IMG/VR virus record: IMGVR_UViG_3300030330_004154
Location: 1-64,000 of that record
Source of the DNA: a virus
Lineage: Duplodnaviria; Caudoviricetes
DNA length: 64,000 bases
Direction: 5' to 3' (one strand)
Below the pieces are notes generated by a model that saw only the letters and a program-made list of their open reading frames with translations, ran no database searches and was not told the DNA's origin. Numbering within the stretch: the stretch's first letter is position 1; every line of letters starts with the position of its first letter. A program made the translations under genes and the position numbers. Positions 27,916 to 37,100 of the stretch are shown here, one piece after another.

Positions 27916-28772
27916 TGAAAATTTACCTTACGGGACATCCCGGAAGCAAACATATCTTACCAGCTTCTTCTTTCTTGATTGATAAGTATATTGATAAAAG
28001 CTTTGAAGTTAACTTTTTAAACTTTGGAGATTATGATTCATCTGAATTATTTACTGGAAATTATGTAAAACTTTCGGACCAGCAACAAGGGGGAAGTAAC
28101 GCATGGGGAAGGTATTTAGCGGAATACTTTAAAAGTTTAGAAGATGAGTATGTTATATTTTCTTTAGATGATTTTTTCCTGTGTAGAAAAATAGACATGA
28201 AGGTATATGAAATACTTTTTGATGAAATGAAAAGTGACCCAGATATAAAATGTGCAAAATTAGGCATAAGTCCGTGTTATAGACCTCATGAATATAATAT
28301 AAGAAGCGTTGTAGATGATGTAGAGATTTTTTACCTAAAAGAAGGCGTGGGATACTCTGTTACAACTCAGTACTGCATATGGAGAACTGAAGCGCTAGTA
28401 GATATTCTAGAGAACTCTTCTACAGCTTGGGATTTTGAAGCATATGGGTCAGGATACTCCAACAATAAAGGCTATAAAGTAATTGGCTCTACGACCGTTT
28501 GCTTGCCTTATGGAGAAAGCTCTGCTGTATCAAATCGTCACACAGGTAAAGTTTCTATTCTAGGGCTAGATAAAGACACTATAGAGGAAATGATATCTAA
28601 AAATATGTTAAATGAATCTGAACTAATTGTGGGGCAGCCAACAGGAAGGGTGGCAAATTATTCAGATTACAAAGATTCCATGACAGACGCTATAGACGTA
28701 ATTGAATGCCGAGAATTCAGAAAATTTTGCAATCTAGTTTTAGACTTAGCAAAAGACAATAAGTACAAATAA
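27915..28772 (+). CDS. Hypothetical protein, possible GT-A transferase
   Basis: YVIFSLDDFF (DxD-like), Q..IW, AWDFE; last gene of the glycan locus. Confidence 0.55.
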   Translation: MKIYLTGHPGSKHILPASSFLIDKYIDKSFEVNFLNFGDYDSSELFTGNYVKLSDQQQGGSNAWGRYLAEYFKSLEDEYVIFSLDDFFLCRKIDMKVYEILFDEMKSDPDIKCAKLGISPCYRPHEYNIRSVVDDVEIFYLKEGVGYSVTTQYCIWRTEALVDILENSSTAWDFEAYGSGYSNNKGYKVIGSTTVCLPYGESSAVSNRHTGKVSILGLDKDTIEEMISKNMLNESELIVGQPTGRVANYSDYKDSMTDAIDVIECREFRKFCNLVLDLAKDNKYK

Positions 28773-28800
28773 AAAGAAGCCGCCATAAAGACGACTTCTT
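28769..28800 (-). terminator. Intrinsic terminator at the convergence of the two gene blocks
   Basis: Minus strand reads AAGAAGTCGTC-TTTAT-GGCGGCTTCTT-TTTATT. The stem closes with G-U pairs only on this strand and is followed by a U-tract. Confidence 0.75.
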
Positions 28801-28831
28801 GTATTGGATTCTCAGGAGAAAACCGCTGATT

Positions 28832-29560
28832 TTATAGGTATTCTACAGTGAAATATAGCCCAAAATCAGTTTTACTTCCAATCGCGTCTGGTGATGCAGA
28901 AAGAGCAGCGTACCAGTCGTGACGTTTTGCTTGGTGGGCAGAACCCTCCGTGGTGGCGCCAGCTATTCCATCTAAAGTATTAGCTGTTCCGTCTGATGTA
29001 TTTCCGTTTATGCCGCTTACGCCGGGGCTTTCTGTGAACGAAAGAGGAGTAACCGTATTGTCAGTTCCGTCAACATGCAAGAAGTTAGTCCAACCGTGGC
29101 TACCTTCTCCATTTCCTCTATGTTTAAGGGCTGTAGAGGCTCCTTCTGTATCATTTGGATGTCTAACCTCATAAACAGCCGTTGTTACGCCGCTAGCATT
29201 TTTAGTGATATCAGATCTATCAAAGATTCTAAGCTGGCAATTTTTAACCCTAACAGCCTCGTTATGCTCAAATCTAATATTCAATGGGGCATAGTAATTA
29301 GGTATTACTTCATTATCTTTTTCATTGTTTGTATTGAATTTAACACCAGATGCCGAAGCATATTTAGTATTATTTAACTGTTGAGCTTGGGTTGTTCCGT
29401 CAGAGTTTGTGATAAAAGTAGTATCTTGAAATGAGTCAACAGGAACAGACAGGCCAAAATCACCCCCAAAAAAGCCAATTCCAGAGTTAGCGTGGTCTAT
29501 AAATACACCACTAGCGTTGGTTGCCGTTGTCAAGTTTCCGTAAAATTTTATTGTAGCCAT
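28832..29560 (-). CDS. Putative virion structural protein (242 aa, beta-rich)
   Basis: AGGAG SD; G/S/T/N-rich; ends FTVEYL; last gene of the tail block. Confidence 0.65.
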   Translation of the reverse strand: MATIKFYGNLTTATNASGVFIDHANSGIGFFGGDFGLSVPVDSFQDTTFITNSDGTTQAQQLNNTKYASASGVKFNTNNEKDNEVIPNYYAPLNIRFEHNEAVRVKNCQLRIFDRSDITKNASGVTTAVYEVRHPNDTEGASTALKHRGNGEGSHGWTNFLHVDGTDNTVTPLSFTESPGVSGINGNTSDGTANTLDGIAGATTEGSAHQAKRHDWYAALSASPDAIGSKTDFGLYFTVEYL

Positions 29561-29611
29561 GTGTAAATCTCCTGTAAGGTTTATATATTATACACTATAA
29601 TTGATTAGTTT

Positions 29612-32600
29612 TTAAAAAGGTTTGATTGACAGATCTATAAAGTTTTCAACGAAAGATTGGTTTACATTTCTAATTCCTTGGTGGGATATGTCTCCATGAA
29701 ATTGAAAAAACATATCAAATTTTGGAAATGTCCCAGCCAATACGTTTGGATTGGACACATTAGGGTCGCCACTTAAAACTACGGTTGTCACCTGACGACC
29801 GATAGTAGGTTCTATATTTTCTTGCGGTACGGTGAAAAAGGTGTTTGATGGATGACCAAGAACAATAGCTGTAGCGGTAAACGGTATAATCGCAAAATTA
29901 TTTTCTTGTCTAAATACCGGATTTGTAGTACCGTCTACGGTATTATTAGGTGTTCCAAGAACGTAAGGCTCTTTGATTTCTGTGGCAACCTGCGGTTTAT
30001 AATCCCATTTCTCCACATCTTCAAGAGATCCAGCCATTATATACCCTTTAAAGGTTCTGTTTGAATACCCACTACCCTCAAAGTTTAAATGTGGCAAAAA
30101 TTCTAGGTCTGATTTAGTATCTTCATTTATACCAGTAGTTGATCCCGCTGGGAAGTCGCTTGGCAAGAAACCTTCGCCTCTATATACGTAATTTACGGTT
30201 TCTCCTAAAATAGTAACATCTTTTGTTGTCCACTCTAACTTATTAATAGAACCGCCCTCTCCAGTCGCGGCCACTCTAGCAATAGCATTAGAACCTGTAG
30301 CGCTTTCTATTTTTAGTGTATCGTTTAAATTATAATCTTCCCCAGCGTCCTGTACAATTAAATATTTTTCTTGCTCTGTTATTAAATCTGCTAGGGTTTT
30401 GGTTGGATCTACACCGCTAACATTCAAATCATCTGTCAAGTCGTTAGGAAGTCTAATTGTACTTTGCTTGTAAATCCAAGGTAGCAATCTTCCCCGTCTT
30501 TCATTGTTGACTTCCCAGTAGCCAGTTGGCGCAATCGGAGTAAACTTATTTTGTATTTCTTTCCGCTTTTCTCTTTCTGCTTCAGGAAACTGCTCTGCCC
30601 ACAAATCTATATGTGTTAAAGTGGTTCCGTCATCTTCTAAAACGTAAGGTCTAGAGTCGTCGTCAAAAAGACCTTCGCTAAACAAGAGTGTACCTTGAGG
30701 GACGGTAGCTGAAACATTATATACAAAGTCATTTTTAATCAATACATCATTGTTAACCAAGCCATCCCAACTAATATCAAGAAAAGCGCTTGGCTCTCTG
30801 ATGTCAACGTTGGTAGCCGCTTTATCAACAGCAAATAGTCCACTAGCAGTTATCCCTTGTTTTTTAAATTTAACACCAGTCGGCTCTTCTGTTAGCGCAT
30901 CGTAACTCAGTGTATATCCGGGGAAAGTTGTTGTGTCATTTTCGTAAAGCGTAGAAGAAGTAGACCGATAACCTTTTTCCCAAGGTCTTGAACCATTCGG
31001 ACCAATAGGAAATTTATTACCTTCATTAAAGTGATGTACAGCAAAAAACCTGCTATCAAAAATAGTTTGATCTCTAGGCCAAGCTTGGTAAACTTTAACA
31101 AATAGCTGGGTAGTAGAAGCTTGATTGTATAAAAGTTGAGTTTTTGCACCAAGCATAGCTTCGTGTTGGCTAACAGTAGTATTAAATATAGCGTTTTGAC
31201 CAATATATGTATCTGCCACAAACACAAAGCCACCCTCACACTCACAAGTCGCCTTTGCGCCAATAACACCAAAACCACCCATTGTTTGCTCGTCCGTCGC
31301 ATCAGCCCTGCTAGCACCTAGCGCGTCTGGCGTATTACCACCGTAAAAAAGAGTGTTAGCCATAGCAACAGCAAAACCTTCTTTTTTAAACTCAGCAGAA
31401 CCTTCTTTATCTCCTTGAGTTCTGTAAATAGAATACTCAAAAGGCATTGCGGGAACACCTATTGCTGCTTCTAAATCTTCATCATCTGCTAGAGAAGGGG
31501 TATCTCCGTATTTTTGATCTACGATAAGATGATGTTTAGTAAATTTTTCATCTTTATTATAAATTCTTACTTTTGTTCCAGTTCCAAAGATAGGATCTCC
31601 GGGCGTAATACTTGTTTGTCCTATGCTTGCTGGTCCACGGGTAGCAAAGCCATAATTTGAAAAACCACACTGAGTAAGTTCTTTTACAGAAAACGGTTCA
31701 TTGCTCGCACCTCCGTCTAACTTCTGATCCCACTGTGCAAAAACGGCATCTCTTAAAGGTCTAAACAATACATTGTTTGTATCAACAGGTTTAAAGTCAA
31801 GTATTGCTTTATCGTCTTTTTCGTAGTCTTGGTTTGTAGCTCTATCAATCGTGTCGTATAGAAACTGAAAAGAAGTAGGATCTAGCCAAAAGTCGTGATA
31901 AGAATTATGTATCTCTGGATATTGATTTATTGTGCCAAAAACATCTGGGTCAGTTATATACTTTTGTACATTGTTAAGATTTAATATTGGGCCACCGTTC
32001 TCTGCGCTAAATGGGCCGTTAGTGAGAATATCAGCAGGAACATGGAACATTTGATGACCAGCACTAAACAAATTAACATGTGCATTTGGAATTGCGTCTA
32101 TTTCTTCGCTTGTCAAGAAAAATGTGGGTGAAAGATTGCTAGACCTGTTATTGTGGTCGTCAGCAGGATTAAAAATACCTTGACTTTCACCTGCAACGGC
32201 AAAGCCCTCTCCATTAACACCGTATGGACCACCGTTTGTAAATTGAGATAAATCAAAAAACGAGTCGTCTTGGCTTAAACTGCTACCTGCACTATTTCGG
32301 GTGTTTGCTCCGGGCCTCCACCCCTTGCCAGTTAAATTGTCGCCCTGATCTTTTACTGCTGAGTTTAAATTAGTGTATTTCGCTTCATCATTATATCCTT
32401 TAGGAAAAGTGCAACCAAAAAATGGCACAGTCCATTTACCGCATTCTTTTCCTCTGTCATCAAACTGTGCAAACAAAGTTCCGTCATAACTTCTTCTGTT
32501 GTCTGTCAACACCAAGGCATTACCTAAATCGCCCCTTAACCCTCCAAACTCTTTGCCCATATAATCAAAACTAGTTATTTGAGCGTATCCGGGCCAAGTC

Positions 32601-34123
32601 TTACCTTCATCTACAACTTGATGTGCAACTCTAGGTCCGTATTTTCCAGTCCATTCACTAGTGGTTCTCGCAGCTAGATACTTCTTAGCTATCGCGTCTT
32701 CCATAGCAAAGGCATCAACTGGCCCTGCATTTGCATTCTCCCCTTTATCAAATTGTTTTTGGTCTTGACCTTGACCGCCAGAATTTGGATCTGCAAACCT
32801 AAAATGATATCTTTGATTGGTAATATGATATGTGAATTGCCACTCACTAACATCTTTCATGTCTGCAAGTACAACTTCTTCTTCACCTACGGCAAGTTCG
32901 TCAATCCACCATAAACTTTCTCTGTCAGTAATTTTTACATAATCACCCTTCTTGTATGATCTAGGGTTCATATTAAATACTTGCAGTTTTACCTTTTCCT
33001 TGTCGTCACCTCTACAGCTTCTGGGGTTCTTGTAATTTGGCGCCCACTGAAAAGGATTTGAATTTTGTATATCTATAGGTATCACAACCCCAGTACCCGG
33101 AGTTATTTGAGGGTTTGCAATAGGATCTTCAAAATGTTCTTTCACGTCCATGTTGTCAGGATCAAGATCTGGCAAGTTTGCCCCCGGAATATTATCAGAA
33201 TGAACTATTCCATATATTTGCTCAGACCCAGCAGCAAATGCCCCATCATAAGATCTAAATCTAGTTTTTAGCTCACCGCCAACTTTACTATTAGGGGAGT
33301 TGTCAGCAACAGCGTCAGACTCTCCATCTTCTGAACCTAGCTTATTTGTTCCATCTGCGCCCGTTGCTGGAGCAGCAATCTTAATAAACGGGACGGCTGA
33401 AGATTTTGTTGTATCTAATGGCTTTTTCTTGTTATAAAGATATAATCTAAAAGTAAATTCCTCTTCAACGACACACGGTTCAGCACCTTCAATTAATCTT
33501 AAATTCAAAAAAACCGTATTTTTCCATTCCACATAGCCTGCATTTTTAGATCTTCTAATATCCTTAATAAACTGCTTAGAGGCATTATCTATTTCTTTTT
33601 CTGGATCAAAGCCAACAATATTATAATAATCATTAAGGGCTATCAAGTCAGCAGCATAAACACCTTGTGTAATAAAGTTATCAAAAAGTTTAGTTATTCT
33701 ATTAAACGTTTTAGCTTTTACATCATTTATTTGTAAATCACTAAAGCTGTAGTTGTCTTTTTCTTCTGCGGAGGCGTCGGGATTGTCGTTATAGTATTCC
33801 CAAGCTGGGGCATCACCGCCAGCCAAATCTTCTTTTATGGTGTACTTTTCGTATTTACCTACATTACGACCTTGAAATCTCCAAGCGTTTATAATATAAT
33901 TACCACCGTATATTCTATCATGACCCAAAACAGTTTCTAGGTCGTTAGGTTGTGCGTCTCTAAAAACCTGTTGATTTGCATACTTGCCACTACCATCCTT
34001 AAAATGCCACCATTCTATAAACTGAGGTAGTGTAAACGAACCCATCCCTGCGTCAATCATCAACGGATGGTCACACGTAATCAAGTGGTATTCTGTTCTT
34101 GTGTCTTTATTAAATATTGGCAT
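29612..34123 (-). CDS. Large tail-associated protein (1503 aa)
   Basis: Long acidic D/G/N-rich ORF in the tail operon; one IVQDAGEDY..NDTL.I..ATGSNA.ARV module resembling baseplate/fibre repeats. Confidence 0.6.
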   Translation of the reverse strand: MPIFNKDTRTEYHLITCDHPLMIDAGMGSFTLPQFIEWWHFKDGSGKYANQQVFRDAQPNDLETVLGHDRIYGGNYIINAWRFQGRNVGKYEKYTIKEDLAGGDAPAWEYYNDNPDASAEEKDNYSFSDLQINDVKAKTFNRITKLFDNFITQGVYAADLIALNDYYNIVGFDPEKEIDNASKQFIKDIRRSKNAGYVEWKNTVFLNLRLIEGAEPCVVEEEFTFRLYLYNKKKPLDTTKSSAVPFIKIAAPATGADGTNKLGSEDGESDAVADNSPNSKVGGELKTRFRSYDGAFAAGSEQIYGIVHSDNIPGANLPDLDPDNMDVKEHFEDPIANPQITPGTGVVIPIDIQNSNPFQWAPNYKNPRSCRGDDKEKVKLQVFNMNPRSYKKGDYVKITDRESLWWIDELAVGEEEVVLADMKDVSEWQFTYHITNQRYHFRFADPNSGGQGQDQKQFDKGENANAGPVDAFAMEDAIAKKYLAARTTSEWTGKYGPRVAHQVVDEGKTWPGYAQITSFDYMGKEFGGLRGDLGNALVLTDNRRSYDGTLFAQFDDRGKECGKWTVPFFGCTFPKGYNDEAKYTNLNSAVKDQGDNLTGKGWRPGANTRNSAGSSLSQDDSFFDLSQFTNGGPYGVNGEGFAVAGESQGIFNPADDHNNRSSNLSPTFFLTSEEIDAIPNAHVNLFSAGHQMFHVPADILTNGPFSAENGGPILNLNNVQKYITDPDVFGTINQYPEIHNSYHDFWLDPTSFQFLYDTIDRATNQDYEKDDKAILDFKPVDTNNVLFRPLRDAVFAQWDQKLDGGASNEPFSVKELTQCGFSNYGFATRGPASIGQTSITPGDPIFGTGTKVRIYNKDEKFTKHHLIVDQKYGDTPSLADDEDLEAAIGVPAMPFEYSIYRTQGDKEGSAEFKKEGFAVAMANTLFYGGNTPDALGASRADATDEQTMGGFGVIGAKATCECEGGFVFVADTYIGQNAIFNTTVSQHEAMLGAKTQLLYNQASTTQLFVKVYQAWPRDQTIFDSRFFAVHHFNEGNKFPIGPNGSRPWEKGYRSTSSTLYENDTTTFPGYTLSYDALTEEPTGVKFKKQGITASGLFAVDKAATNVDIREPSAFLDISWDGLVNNDVLIKNDFVYNVSATVPQGTLLFSEGLFDDDSRPYVLEDDGTTLTHIDLWAEQFPEAEREKRKEIQNKFTPIAPTGYWEVNNERRGRLLPWIYKQSTIRLPNDLTDDLNVSGVDPTKTLADLITEQEKYLIVQDAGEDYNLNDTLKIESATGSNAIARVAATGEGGSINKLEWTTKDVTILGETVNYVYRGEGFLPSDFPAGSTTGINEDTKSDLEFLPHLNFEGSGYSNRTFKGYIMAGSLEDVEKWDYKPQVATEIKEPYVLGTPNNTVDGTTNPVFRQENNFAIIPFTATAIVLGHPSNTFFTVPQENIEPTIGRQVTTVVLSGDPNVSNPNVLAGTFPKFDMFFQFHGDISHQGIRNVNQSFVENFIDLSIKPF

Positions 34124-34124
34124 C

Positions 34125-37100
34125 CTATTCTCCTGAATCTAAAAATGTTCCTTGTGAACTCTGCGGCGTCTGTGTAATTTCCTGAACTTCATTTCTAACC
34201 TCATTAGAAGGATCACCCCCGGATTGCAGCGATTTGATAACCGTAGAAACGGTAGAACCTATAGGCGAATTTGAAATGTAAGTTACAACCTCTCCAGCAG
34301 TTTTTTCTATGTAGTTTTGCGCTTGCACTCTTCTTATGTCGTTATTATTTGGGAATATAGATGTAAATTCTTCAAAAGTAGATGCATCAACTTCTCTAAC
34401 ATTTCTCAAAAATTCACCGGTTTTAGTGTCAACGCTATTGGTCATAAACTTGACATTGTTTTTGAATTTACCTTTTTGCATTGAGCTATATTCTTCTGGA
34501 TCTACTTTTGCTGCATTTATCAACGCCCTGCCGCCATTCTTTAGAACATTCCCATAAAGATCCATATTGGCTTGGCCTTTACCAAGACCTCTTCTTATAG
34601 CCGCATTGTTTTGATCTATAATCTTTTGGCGCTCTCTGGCAACTTGCGAGATAGCCATTTCCTTTTGCTTCTGTAGTTTACCAAATCTTGAAGTATACAA
34701 ATCCATTTTTACAGTCGTCTTGAGACCGTTAGTGCCAACGTCAACGCCAATAGAGGTAACAAGCGGCCCTTCATCTTGCAAATGTTTAGCTAATCCAATT
34801 CCACTTGGGTAGTCTGCAAAAACAAATCCACCCCGCTCACTAAACAGTAACAAGCTATTTGAAAGCTGCGCCTTTAATGCTCCAGCTTCATTTAAAAGTT
34901 GATATCCAGCAAAATTCCAAGGTGCAAGATTTTCGTCTTTTACAAACTCAACTCTACCGCCAATGTCGGCATATCTAATTCTAGGGTCTGCATCAGCATT
35001 TAAAACGTTTGTAGATTGCCAAGGGCCATAACATCTCTCCATAGACATCAAAGGCAAAGCAAAAATGTCTGGATATACTGGTGAAGGTGAAGTATAGTTA
35101 ATTTTGTTTTCAGCTAACGACAAACCACGCAATATTTTTTGTTGTTCCTTTTGCGCCCTTGTCACAGTTTCATATGTAATATCTTTAAGAGAAGTAGAAT
35201 TACAATCTATATCTTCTGGTTTGTTAACTTTTGGTGGAGGTAGAATAAAGTCAGGATGTCTAACAACATCTTGCGTCATAATATTTTTTAACTTCACGGG
35301 TTCATATGACTGGGCTACACTTTCGCAAAATCTTTTTTCTGCAACGGGTAGAACTTTGCCGGGAAGTGTCACAAGAGCGTAAACATTTTCGGGGTCTAAA
35401 AGTTGCTTTTCTGTTATAACCAACCATGAGTCTGTAAACCTGTCGTACCTTCTTGCAAATGTAATCAAACCATCGTCATCGCTAAAGGGATTTTGGGCAA
35501 GCTTGACTGCACCCGGAGAGCCAGCAACATTAGTTGGGGCGACTATCGGTATGCCACTTAAATATTGTACACCCGTTTCTCTTAGCAAAATAACGTCTTC
35601 ATAGCCCTCGCCAAGCCTTTGAGATGGGCTTCTAAGAATTTCTTTTAATTTCCAGTTTAGTCCATATTTTTCCAAGACACTAACTACTGCTGGAAACTTT
35701 ACAGTTGCTTCAAACTCTTCGTATAAAGGTTGTGTCGGATAATTCCAAACAACATCTCTTCCGTTTGCGCCGGATCTGTTAACACCAAATACAGGAGATA
35801 TTTTAGGTGGTATTCCAGATGCGGTTAAACAACCAGATGGATCTCTAACTTGCACTATGGTTGGCGGCTCCATTGCTACATTTACAGTATAATCGGATGC
35901 CCATATATGAGTTGGAGCCTTTACGACTTTGGGTGTCATATAAAACTCTTCATCTATATTACATTTTACGTAAGCAACAGATTCGTATTTTTTAGTATCA
36001 GCTTTTCTTTTAAGCCTGTCGTCCATAGAATCTAATGAAGTCAAATCATTAAATGACTCATTAAGAAAATCTCTTGGATCTACTTCAACGTTGTCTAAAC
36101 TTTCTGAAACATCAGCAACGAACATTCTAGACTTATTTTTATCTCTGTACTGCTGAACATAACTATCTGAAGGAACTTGCGTAAAATCATAATATTGACT
36201 ATTGTCAAACCTTACATAAGCACTTACTCTACTGGTTCCTACTAATAGATTGTTTAGATCTACAGGAACCAAGCCTTGCTCAACCGCTCTAGGAAGTTCA
36301 GATGGGTTGTCTTCAACGTGACGACTCTCAGAAAGTGACATGTTTTGATCGTACAGTGCATAATTAAAAAATCCACCTTGAGGTTCTGGTTTGTAATTAA
36401 AGTCCCACTGCTCTGCGACTGGATTCCAGTTACATTTTAATGCACCGTAAGTGTATGCTTTTTTAGCAGTGTATGGCTTCAATGTTTTAGGATTTATAGC
36501 AACGTACTCTTGTTTAAGCCTAGCGTAATCAATGTAATGATTATGTTTTTCTTGAAACGGATTTAGATTAAGCGCCGCTCTTAAATAAGATATTTCCAAA
36601 TCAAAAAAGGCAGAGTTAACATAAGAAGCATCAGAATTTATTGGTAACGGCCTAAACCCAAAAGGTCCAGTTGCAAAGTTCTGTGTAAAATCTGGATAAT
36701 AGGTTATTTGTTCGTTGTAATTAACATTACAAGCCTTTGGTATTTTTACTAAGAATTTCTTCCCTAGACACTCATCTGCTATCTTTTTCAAGAATGCATG
36801 AATTTTTTCTGCGTTCTTCTTTTGCTTTTTTGCTATCTGAGAAATTGTCTTTGTTAGTGGAACTCCATCTCTTGTGCTTTTAGATACAGCAAGAATACCT
36901 TGTTGGTATGAGCGAAATCCAGCAGCTTCTTCTTCATAAATTTTTTGAAGTCTAGCAAAGTCTTCTCTAACTGAATTTTTATAATCTTCATAAGCACGAC
37001 TTACATCGGCGTTATCATTGTATTTTGATATACCGTCAAGACTATTTAAAATAGTATTCATTCTTGAATAAGCTTCATCTTTATTATCAAAGAAATATTT

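Noticed and set aside
7427-28772. Cellular O-antigen/capsule locus or giant eukaryotic virus origin
   Set aside because: No flippase, Wzy, Wzz, ABC exporter or priming phosphoglycosyl transferase is present. The enzymes look soluble and are interleaved with phage genes. SD motifs, DnaE and a tape measure indicate a bacteriophage.
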